Source: Bacteroidaceae bacterium
GTDB lineage: Bacteria > Bacteroidota > Bacteroidia > Bacteroidales > Bacteroidaceae
Direction of reading: 5' to 3'
Assembly: GCA_017535725.1 (NCBI GenBank)
Contig: JAFXTO010000002.1
Coordinates: 21,752-85,751 of the forward strand
Length of the DNA stretch: 64,000 nt
The notes beneath the pieces were generated by a model. That model was not told the DNA's origin. It did no database searches and was given only the letters and a program-made list of their open reading frames with translations. Of the stretch, positions 7,879 to 15,879 are shown piece by piece. Made by a program: the position numbers and the translations under genes. How positions within the stretch are numbered: the first letter of the stretch is position 1; every line of letters begins with the position of its first letter.

Positions 7879-9153
7879 ATGACACACCGATACACTGCCT
7901 ACTTCTGTGGATGCCTGACGGCCAACAACGAAGTCAGCACCAGAAGCCTCATCGACGCAGGATGGAAGCAAGAAGAGAATAAAGAGATGGCTACCTATCA
8001 GGCCAAACACATTTATTACGACGAGTTCCTGAATTTCTGCGCTGCAAAGACACCGCAAGAAGGCTGTGTGGCGTGGAGGTATGAGATGAAAGAGGATGAG
8101 CGCGTTGGAACCTGCAAGAACCTACTCGATCAAGTTGTCATTTATCTCGTGCCTGCCTTGCATTGTTACATACTGCCTTTTGGTATAGTCATCTTCGCCA
8201 TTGAAGTCACCGCCGTGGATGAAGTCATGGACAACTTCATATCCATAGCCGTCCAACTGCGCCGTCTGGCAATCCCCCAAGGGGTGGCAGACGTCTTGCG
8301 CAAGTTAAAGAACAAAGTAACAGGAAATGAGCAGGTGGAACTGTCCGAGGCACTGGACTATGGCTACAAACTGAAGGTCTTTCAGATCATAGACTCTGAT
8401 GCGGCTTGGAACAGCGAGACGAATGAGGAGCGGAAACAGGTGCTGTTCCGATTAGGAGTCATACAAAGCAACAAATCCACCATATCCACGCGGTTCCAGG
8501 ACGGTTACGAGGAGGGCATCCTGAATCAACACAGCATCTCCGTTTTCAATAATTGGGATGCCTTAGCCCTGCTCGACTCCTTCACAATCCGTTCTATGCA
8601 ATGCGAGGATTGGCAGATGAAGGAGTGGCAAAACGCCTTCTTCCGCATGATTTACATCCAGAGCCTCTTCCAGAAATTCTATCTCCAAAGCCTGAACCAG
8701 CGTTTCCGTGCGATGGTGGAGCATCGAAGTAAGGACAAGTTAGCGAATTTACTAGCAGAGTTCGAACACTACGAACGCATCTGCCAATTCAACAAGGTGT
8801 CCTACACCTTCCTGCCACTCCTCATCGACAACGCCATCGACACCTCGTTGGAAATCAAAGAGGAGCGCGATTTGCTTTCTACCTACATCAAAGGAGAGGA
8901 GAAACGCCATGAGTCTGACAACGAACGAAGAATCAATCGTCTGTTGCTCGCCATTTCCTGTCTGACCATGTTCTCCGCCATCTGGGATCTCTCGAGTCTC
9001 ATGAACGAAATCCTACCCTACAATTGTTTCTTCTGCAGCACTCGCAGAGGGTATGCCATAATATCATCTGGTCTGCTTATTATCGTGCTGGTTCTCATTG
9101 CCTTCATTTATATAATGGGAAAAAGCAGGAACCGGAAACGGGACCAACAATAG
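7879..9153 (+). CDS. CorA-like membrane protein with a soluble N-terminal domain, two C-terminal TM helices and a basic tail
   Basis: NERRINRLLLAISCLTMFSAIWDLSSLMNEILPY aligns in spacing with the CorA N..LT..(TM1)..GMN..P segment, but has LMN instead of GMN. A second TM (GYAIISSGLLIIVLVLIAFIYIM) and the tail KSRNRKRDQQ follow. An alternative start is ATG at 7987. Confidence 0.7.
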   Translation: MTHRYTAYFCGCLTANNEVSTRSLIDAGWKQEENKEMATYQAKHIYYDEFLNFCAAKTPQEGCVAWRYEMKEDERVGTCKNLLDQVVIYLVPALHCYILPFGIVIFAIEVTAVDEVMDNFISIAVQLRRLAIPQGVADVLRKLKNKVTGNEQVELSEALDYGYKLKVFQIIDSDAAWNSETNEERKQVLFRLGVIQSNKSTISTRFQDGYEEGILNQHSISVFNNWDALALLDSFTIRSMQCEDWQMKEWQNAFFRMIYIQSLFQKFYLQSLNQRFRAMVEHRSKDKLANLLAEFEHYERICQFNKVSYTFLPLLIDNAIDTSLEIKEERDLLSTYIKGEEKRHESDNERRINRLLLAISCLTMFSAIWDLSSLMNEILPYNCFFCSTRRGYAIISSGLLIIVLVLIAFIYIMGKSRNRKRDQQ

Positions 9154-9179
9154 CGGTTCACCCGAACAAAAAAGTGTTC

Positions 9180-9211
9180 GCTCCAAAGTGGGCATGAATC
9201 CACTTTGGAGC
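9180..9211. terminator. Bidirectional hairpin terminator between the convergent four-gene operon and mdh
   Basis: Perfect 12-bp stem: gctccaaagtgg (9180-9191) pairs with ccactttggagc (9200-9211), with an 8-nt loop and A/T-rich flanks. Confidence 0.65.
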
Positions 9212-9237
9212 GAGCAACAGGGAAGAAATAAAAATTC

Positions 9238-10224
9238 TTAGAGGTTTGCGTTGTCCTTGCCCCACTCCTCCACGGGAGGAATGATGCCGAGGCCAATGAT
9301 TTCGTCGCGCATCTTCTGCAGGTGCTCGTAGGATGCCTGAAGGGCAGCCATCTCTTCTTCAGTACCCTCGGGAGCCGTGAAGTGAACACCGTCCTTGTCA
9401 ATCACTGAGGGCATAGCCATCATCACATTCTTGAAGCCGAAGGCGTTGACATAGCAGCCAGCAGGCCAGGTGAAGGGTTCGCCACCCATAGCACCCTCAA
9501 TCATCTTGACAGCCTGATAAGCAGGGCTCTGGAAGGAGGAGCGGCCACGCAGCTTGATGATATTGCTGCCGCCCTGAGTGGTCATGTGCTTGATTTCTGC
9601 CCAGCGCTCGGCAGAGAGAGGCAGTTCGCTGAGGGGCTTGCCATCGATGAGAGCCTTGCTGGCAAAGACTGCCATCTGTTCGCCGTGACCACCGTAGGTG
9701 TAGGCCTGAGTGACCTTGTCCTGCTGCACGCCGAACTCCTGAGCCAGCTGCTGCTGCAGACGGGTGCTGTCGAGAGCGGCCAGGGAGGTAAGCTGGTTGG
9801 GCTTCAGACCAGAGTGGATAAGAGCGGTGAGGGCGGTGACGTCAGCGGGGTTGAAGATGACGACCACGTGGTTCACATCGGGGCAGTACTTCTTGATGTT
9901 CTCGCCGAAGTCTGCTGCAATCTGGCAGTTACCCTTGAGCAGGTCCTCACGTGTCATGCCTTCCTTACGGGGAGCACCACCGGAAGAGATGATGTACTTA
10001 GCACCCGTGAAAGCTTCCTCTGCATTCACCGTATAGGAGAGGTTTGCACCGGGGAATGCGCAGTGGCACATCTCATCGTACACACCATGAACGCCGGGCT
10101 CATAGATATCGTAGAGGCAGATGTTTGGGGTCAATCCCAGCATCAGGACACTCTGAACCATGTTCGAACCAATCATGCCACCGGCACCTACAATCACAAG
10201 TTTGTCATTCGTTAAGAATTTCAT
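9238..10224 (-). CDS. mdh: Malate dehydrogenase (LDH-like family)
   Basis: MKFLTNDKLVIVGAGGMIGSNM Rossmann N-terminus. 328 aa; length and sequence are typical of Bacteroidota Mdh. Confidence 0.93.
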   Translation of the reverse strand: MKFLTNDKLVIVGAGGMIGSNMVQSVLMLGLTPNICLYDIYEPGVHGVYDEMCHCAFPGANLSYTVNAEEAFTGAKYIISSGGAPRKEGMTREDLLKGNCQIAADFGENIKKYCPDVNHVVVIFNPADVTALTALIHSGLKPNQLTSLAALDSTRLQQQLAQEFGVQQDKVTQAYTYGGHGEQMAVFASKALIDGKPLSELPLSAERWAEIKHMTTQGGSNIIKLRGRSSFQSPAYQAVKMIEGAMGGEPFTWPAGCYVNAFGFKNVMMAMPSVIDKDGVHFTAPEGTEEEMAALQASYEHLQKMRDEIIGLGIIPPVEEWGKDNANL

Positions 10225-10279
10225 TGCTTTTGAGCTTTAAAAGTTAATAAGTTTATGTGTTTAACAGTTAATTGCAGGG

Positions 10280-10287
10280 CAAAAGTA
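10280..10287 (-). promoter_or_regulatory. Bacteroidota -7 promoter element (TACTTTTG) for mdh
   Basis: Matches TAnnTTTG on the minus strand, 56-63 nt upstream of the mdh ATG. Confidence 0.4.
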
Positions 10288-10351
10288 ATCTTTTTTTATG
10301 GATTACGCGCACAAAATAGCGAAAACTTTTTGTCGGGCGGTGTGAATCGTG

Positions 10352-10359
10352 TAATTTTG
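10352..10359 (+). promoter_or_regulatory. Bacteroidota -7 promoter element (TAATTTTG) for the aminopeptidase gene
   Basis: Matches TAnnTTTG about 100 nt upstream of the ATG at 10459. Confidence 0.35.
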
Positions 10360-10458
10360 CAAAGCTGAAAGAGCAAAATGAGAGTTTTCAGATTAAAGTT
10401 TAGGATTTATAATCCAAAGTTGAATGTCAAACGACGGTTTTCACCTTAATAAGATAAT

Positions 10459-12318
10459 ATGACGAAAGCAGCAGTTATCACAGGGCGTGTGGAAGCCCTA
10501 CGCAAGTGGATGCGCTGGGCGGGCATCAGCGCCTATATCTTCCCCAGTACCGACCCTCACAGCGGGGAATATGTGCCCGACCACTGGAAGGGGCGCGAAT
10601 GGATATCGGGCTTCAACGGCTCGGCAGGAACAGCGGTGGTCACGCTCCATGCAGCGGGTCTGTGGACGGACAGCCGCTACTGGCTCGCAGCCGAGGAGCA
10701 GACGGCAGATACGCCCTTCGAGGTTATCCGCTGTGGCAGGAATGTGGCCACGGCAGAGGAGCTGGTAGAATGGATTAAAGGGAACATGGAAAAAGGGAAC
10801 GAGGGAGCATGTAAAGAAGGCGCTTCCGTTGGACTCGATGCTTCATCGAACACCACGGAGAGCGTGGAGGAGCTGAAAGAACAGCTGGCGCTCTATGGGC
10901 TCACCATCACCTACGCTGACCCGCTGGTAGATATCTGGAGCGACCGTCCTGCCGTACCCGAGGCTCCTATTGAAATACAACCCTTGGAATTGGCTGGATG
11001 TAGCGTGGCGCAGAAGATGGCTTCCATCCGCGAGGAGCTCAGCAAGAACCGCGCTGACGCTCTCGTGGTCAGTCAGTTGGACGAGATTGCATGGGCGCTG
11101 AACCTGCGCGGAACAGACGTCCACTGTACTCCTGTCTTCGTCTCATATTTGCTCATCCTGCCTCAGAAGACAGTCCTCTATGTGGATCGGAAAAAGGTCA
11201 CGCCCGAAGTGGCGACCTACCTTGCTGATAATGGCATCGACATCCATTCATACTACACGCTCAATGCAGACCTCGCAGACGGACACGTGGAGGGTTTGCC
11301 GCTGAAAAGCCTCTGCATCCAGTTCGACCCAGCCACCACGAACTATGCCATCTGCGATTCCCTCTCTATCTGTGGGGCAACGGTCGTGAGGAAGTCATCA
11401 CCCATCACCGCCCTGCGAGCCATCAAGAACGAGGTGGAGATTGCTGGCTTCCGGCGGGCCATGCTGAAGGATGGCGTGGCGATGGTGAAGTTCTTGAGGT
11501 GGATTTCAGAACAATCCTTCACCAATTATGTTGGCGAGAGGCTAACGGAAATCACGGTGGACCAGAAGCTCACGGCCTTGCGCGCCGAGCAGGAGGGATT
11601 CCGCGACATCTCCTTCGATACCATCGCGGGCTATGGAGCACATGCCGCCATTGTTCATTACGAGGCGACTCCGGAGACGGATATCCCGCTGGAACCCCAC
11701 GGCCTGTTGCTCTTGGACAGCGGAGCGCAGTATCAGGATGGTACCACGGATATCACCCGCACCATCCCATTGGGTCCGCTAACGGACAACGAGCGTCGTG
11801 ACTACACCCTCGTCCTGAAAGGTCACATCCGTCTGGCCACCGCCGTCTTCCCTCAAGGCACCACAGGCACTCAGCTTGATGTCCTCGCCCGCTACGCCAT
11901 GTGGCAGGAACACAAGAACTACGGCCACGGTACGGGGCATGGCGTAGGCAGCTACCTCAGCGTCCACGAGGGGCCTCATCAGTTCCGCATGAACTGGATG
12001 CCCGCTCCCTTGCAGGCAGGAATGACCGTCACCATCGAACCTGGTATTTACATCGCAGGCAGTCACGGCGTTCGGACAGAGAACACGATGCTGATAGTGG
12101 ACTCCCCAGCTCTCCAAGGGGAAGGGTCCTGGCTCTGTCTCGAACCCCTCACCCTCTGCCCCATCGACACACGTCCCATCGTTCGTGAATTCATGGCATC
12201 CGACGAAATCGAGTACCTTAATAATTATCACGCCCGCGTGCGCGAAGCCCTCCTTCCCCTCCTCGACGACGAAGCCGACCGTCAATGGCTCATCCACGCA
12301 ACGGAGCCTTTTCCTTAA
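10459..12318 (+). CDS. Xaa-Pro aminopeptidase (M24B family, aminopeptidase P-like)
   Basis: 619 aa. The C-terminal pita-bread catalytic region carries DITRT..HGTGHGVGSYLSVHEGP..EPG motifs. Confidence 0.88.
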   Translation: MTKAAVITGRVEALRKWMRWAGISAYIFPSTDPHSGEYVPDHWKGREWISGFNGSAGTAVVTLHAAGLWTDSRYWLAAEEQTADTPFEVIRCGRNVATAEELVEWIKGNMEKGNEGACKEGASVGLDASSNTTESVEELKEQLALYGLTITYADPLVDIWSDRPAVPEAPIEIQPLELAGCSVAQKMASIREELSKNRADALVVSQLDEIAWALNLRGTDVHCTPVFVSYLLILPQKTVLYVDRKKVTPEVATYLADNGIDIHSYYTLNADLADGHVEGLPLKSLCIQFDPATTNYAICDSLSICGATVVRKSSPITALRAIKNEVEIAGFRRAMLKDGVAMVKFLRWISEQSFTNYVGERLTEITVDQKLTALRAEQEGFRDISFDTIAGYGAHAAIVHYEATPETDIPLEPHGLLLLDSGAQYQDGTTDITRTIPLGPLTDNERRDYTLVLKGHIRLATAVFPQGTTGTQLDVLARYAMWQEHKNYGHGTGHGVGSYLSVHEGPHQFRMNWMPAPLQAGMTVTIEPGIYIAGSHGVRTENTMLIVDSPALQGEGSWLCLEPLTLCPIDTRPIVREFMASDEIEYLNNYHARVREALLPLLDDEADRQWLIHATEPFP

Positions 12319-12427
12319 TACATTCATTCATAATTCGCCCGCTTTTTGCTTCTTTAACGGAGCTTGAGGATGATATATAAAAGAAAAGTGGTAATTTTGT
12401 CCCCGAAAACAAGAAAACAATCCCATT

Positions 12428-12703
12428 ATGAGCACCGCAACACTGTCAAGCCTGTTAGAATATCTCTACGCCACACTCTCGCCAAGCAACATGCGCTGGG
12501 TGGGTGAGCATCTGATTGAATACGCCAAGAAAGAAGAGGAGGAAGAAGCCCTAACGCCTTACACCAGAGAGGAACTGCTGGAAAGAGCCGAGGAAGGACG
12601 GCGGCAAATAGCAATGGGCAACTATTGCACGATGGAAGAACTCCTTCAAGAATTGGATGAGGATTTTGCGGAAGACAATAAACCACAATACGAAATAGCA
12701 TGA
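12428..12703 (+). CDS. Putative antitoxin of a type II TA pair
   Basis: 91-aa acidic helical protein. Its stop overlaps the start of the downstream toxin-like gene (ATGA, 4-nt overlap). Confidence 0.55.
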   Translation: MSTATLSSLLEYLYATLSPSNMRWVGEHLIEYAKKEEEEEALTPYTREELLERAEEGRRQIAMGNYCTMEELLQELDEDFAEDNKPQYEIA

Positions 12704-13011
12704 GGGTATTTGTCCACGACGTCGTTAAGGAGAAAATCCGCACGACATCGAGATACATTCAAGCTAATTTCGGGAAGAAAGCACGTCTGAACTTTCGACA
12801 CGAAATAGCTCATGTCTCCCAACTCCTACAGAAGAACCCCAACCTCGGTCCGGCAGAGCCTTATCTTGCGGACGCTCCTGTCCTATACAGAAGCATCGTC
12901 GTAAATCACCTCAATAAAATTGTCTATTGGATTAACGACGATGTCATTGAAATCGTTGACTTCTGGGATACACGACGCGAACCTGTATCACAAGCCCAAC
13001 AGGTGAAGTAA
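12700..13011 (+). CDS. RelE/ParE-family toxin
   Basis: 103 aa. The size and the C-terminal IVYWINDDVIEIVDFWDTRREP are typical of ParE/RelE-fold toxins. Translationally coupled to the upstream small gene. Confidence 0.7.
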   Translation: MRVFVHDVVKEKIRTTSRYIQANFGKKARLNFRHEIAHVSQLLQKNPNLGPAEPYLADAPVLYRSIVVNHLNKIVYWINDDVIEIVDFWDTRREPVSQAQQVK

Positions 13012-13079
13012 CAATGGGAAAGCAATGCTTACCTTTGCCCACATATTGCGATAAATGACGAACAACATATTTTATTATT

Positions 13080-13664
13080 ATGGAAAAGTTTGTTTTGATG
13101 ACGCTGCCATACGAGGCAGATGCTTTGGAACCTGTGATTAGCCGTGCGACCATCTGCTTCCACCACGGCAAGCATTTGGCAGCATACGTGAATAACCTGA
13201 ACGCACTGCTACCAGATAGCGGCTTCGAAGAGGCTACGTTGGAGGAAATCGTCTGCAAGGCGACTGGTGGAATTCTTAACAATGCTGGACAGATTCTGAA
13301 TCACGAGCTGTACTTTGGACAATTTACGGCTCCGAAAGAGGGCAACGTCCCATTAGGTAGATTGCTTGTGGCCATCAATCGTGACTTCGGTTCGTTCGAG
13401 ACTTTCAAGGAGGCTTTCCATAAAGCTGGTGCAACGCTCTTCGGCTCTGGCTGGGTATGGCTGTCAGCGGACAAGGACGGGCGCCTCCTTATCACGCAGG
13501 AGACGAACGCCGCCAATCCTGTTCAGCACGGACTGAAGCCTCTGCTGACCTTCGATGTCTGGGAACACGCCTACTATCTGGACTACCAGAATCGCCGTCC
13601 CGACCATCTCGCAGCCCTTTGGAAAATCATCGACTGGGAGGTCATCAATTGGCGCTATGCATAA
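13080..13664 (+). CDS. sodB: Fe/Mn superoxide dismutase
   Basis: LPYEADALEP..HHGKHLAAYVNNLN..DVWEHAYYLDYQNRRPD is the canonical Fe/Mn-SOD signature. Confidence 0.95.
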   Translation: MEKFVLMTLPYEADALEPVISRATICFHHGKHLAAYVNNLNALLPDSGFEEATLEEIVCKATGGILNNAGQILNHELYFGQFTAPKEGNVPLGRLLVAINRDFGSFETFKEAFHKAGATLFGSGWVWLSADKDGRLLITQETNAANPVQHGLKPLLTFDVWEHAYYLDYQNRRPDHLAALWKIIDWEVINWRYA

Positions 13665-13793
13665 TACGCCGCTTACGAATAGTCAGACACAATACCATAG
13701 GGCTATTTAGATTCATTTCACTAAAAAAGTCTAATATACCATTCAATGGGGATCTTTTCCGTAAGAAAATTACGGCAATTAATTATTAATGCT

Positions 13794-13801
13794 TAACTTT
13801 G
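13794..13801 (+). promoter_or_regulatory. -7 promoter element (TAACTTTG)
   Basis: TAnnTTTG match 32 nt upstream of the ATG at 13833. Confidence 0.4.
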
Positions 13802-13832
13802 TGCCCAAAATCAATTAAACATCAAACTGATT

Positions 13833-14933
13833 ATGCTGATTAAGTTCGCTGTAACCAACTTCCGAGGGTTTGCCAAACGTATTGAATGGGACTTGTCGAA
13901 GCCCAGTAATTATGCCTTTCGTTCGGAGGTCATCAAGGATGGTATTATCAAAAATGGAATCATTTACGGTCCAAATGGTGTTGGCAAGTCAAACTTTGGC
14001 CTTGCCATCTTTGACATCGTTTATCATTTAACCATCAAATGGAAGAAAGGTGATTATCTGAGCAACTACACCTATGCCGGTAAGACGGATATGCCTGTTT
14101 CGTTTGAATACGCATTTATGTTAGGCAGCGACCTCGTAGAATACAACTATTCGAAGAATCATGCTGGAGTGCTTCTTTCGGAAACGCTTCGTGTAAACAA
14201 TCATCAAGTATTCAAGCAGGACAAAGAAACTTTCGAGATTGACGAAACGCAGTTCAAAGTTGATGCGACGATTCAGAATAATTTCAAGCAGAGCGTAAAC
14301 GGTGCTTCTGTTATTGCCTTTTTGACTGCGTCGTTCCCACTGCCGCAAGAGCACTATATTGTCAAACTGTTGCAATTCGTCAACTCCATGCTTTGGTTTA
14401 AATGTCTGGAGAGCCGTGAGTTTATTGGTTTAGAGACAAGCAACATAGAATTGGATGCCTATATTATCCAGAATAATCTCGTTGGAAACTTCAAGAGTTT
14501 CCTAAAGCAAGTGAGTGAGCAAGAGTTTAATTTTGTCAAGCCAAACGAAGGGGACAAACTACTATTCTGCGAAATCGACGGGAACAAAATGCCGTTTATC
14601 AGTATTATTTCAACAGGAACCAAGTCTCTGCAATTACTCTATGTCTGGATGCAAGAGATGAAAAATGCCTCGTTCGTCTTCATTGACGAGTTTGACGCGT
14701 TCTATCATTTCAAGCTGGCCTTTGAGGTTTGCATGCAACTTTTCAAGTTGGATTGTCAGATATTCATGTCATCACACAACACCTATCTGATGACAAACGA
14801 CCTGTTGCGACCCGACTGTAACTTCATCATCGGTGACAACAAAATCAAGCCCTTGAACGACTGCACAGAGAAAGAACTCCGCTTCGGTCATAATATTGAG
14901 AAACTTTTCCGCGGTGACGCATTCCGAGTATGA
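13833..14933 (+). CDS. AAA/ABC-type ATPase (AAA_21/RloA/AbiLi-like)
   Basis: Walker A is GPNGVGKSN near the N-terminus. Walker B/D-loop is FVFIDEFDAF. H-loop is SSHN. 366 aa. Confidence 0.85.
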   Translation: MLIKFAVTNFRGFAKRIEWDLSKPSNYAFRSEVIKDGIIKNGIIYGPNGVGKSNFGLAIFDIVYHLTIKWKKGDYLSNYTYAGKTDMPVSFEYAFMLGSDLVEYNYSKNHAGVLLSETLRVNNHQVFKQDKETFEIDETQFKVDATIQNNFKQSVNGASVIAFLTASFPLPQEHYIVKLLQFVNSMLWFKCLESREFIGLETSNIELDAYIIQNNLVGNFKSFLKQVSEQEFNFVKPNEGDKLLFCEIDGNKMPFISIISTGTKSLQLLYVWMQEMKNASFVFIDEFDAFYHFKLAFEVCMQLFKLDCQIFMSSHNTYLMTNDLLRPDCNFIIGDNKIKPLNDCTEKELRFGHNIEKLFRGDAFRV

Positions 14934-15694
14934 TTTTGTTCGTATTTGAAGGAGAAAAAGAGAGCCCGACCTTTTCCACACGTTGGAGCGTTTATATTTC
15001 CCAAGGGATAACAACCGCATAGTCTGTTCTTTTGGGAATAACCTCTATTACTTGTACAAGGAACTGGAGAAATACGGTGAAGATGGTGACATTGTTGCTA
15101 TCATGAAAGAACTACTGGCAAGGAAGGAGGACAATCCATTAGCCAACATAAAGCGTTCTTCTGACTTCTCCGAAATATACCTTTTCTTCGACTATGACTT
15201 CCATCATAAACAGCTGTCTGTTGAAGAAATCAATCTCCAAGTCAGCGAGATGTTATCCCTTTTTTGCGATGAAACAGACCGAGGCAAGCTCTACATTAAT
15301 TATCCGATGATTGAATCCATTCGATACACGAAGGAATTGCCGGATGAGAACTATCACACCTACGTAGCCACAAGAGAAGAATGCCGCCACTTCAAAGCTT
15401 TGGCAGATTCCTTTTCAGTCTATTCATCACTCGATTTCATCCTATTGAAAGAAGAGAAACCAACAAAAAAGAAATATATGTCGGTGCATGACAACTGGGA
15501 ATATCTTAAAGATCAGAACGTCAAGAAGGCAAACTTCATTTGCAACGACATCTGCGCTTATCCTACGACAAAGAGAGCAATTTCGCAAGACATCATATTT
15601 TGCCAGTCAAGTCTCAAAATATGTGGATACAGAGAAGACAGAAGTTGCTATACTAAATGCCCTTCCGATATTCCTATATGAATACTTCAAATAA
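14930..15694 (+). pseudogene. Toprim/RloB-like partner gene interrupted by two single-base homopolymer indels
   Basis: ATG at 14930 overlaps the ATPase stop (ATGA) and gives MILFVFEGEKE (Toprim Glu strand). The frame breaks in the A-run at about 14953-14961 and continues as REPDLFHTLERLYF..LFFDYDFHH (DxD). A second break at the T-run near 15598-15601 restores the first frame, giving ASQVSKYVDTEKTEVAILNALPIFLYEYFK and a stop at 15694. Confidence 0.6.
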
Positions 15695-15760
15695 AATGCA
15701 GGTGAAAAGGTACATATAACTCTTCATATTCCGCACTTATTATTACAAATATCACATCAT

Positions 15761-15879
15761 TTGTGATGGATTTGTGCAATTATCTAAGCCTAAATGCTCA
15801 AATTAGCAAGAAAAGAATGGCGATACGGGAAATCTTTGTACTTTTGCAACACTAAATACGGAATCTTTATGGCAAAGAA
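15761..15879. repeat. Direct repeat copy 1 (119 bp: promoter, 5-prime UTR and codons MAKK)
   Basis: Near-identical to 19148-19267 (one extra T and one substitution). Contains TACTTTTG at 15839-15846. Confidence 0.9.
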
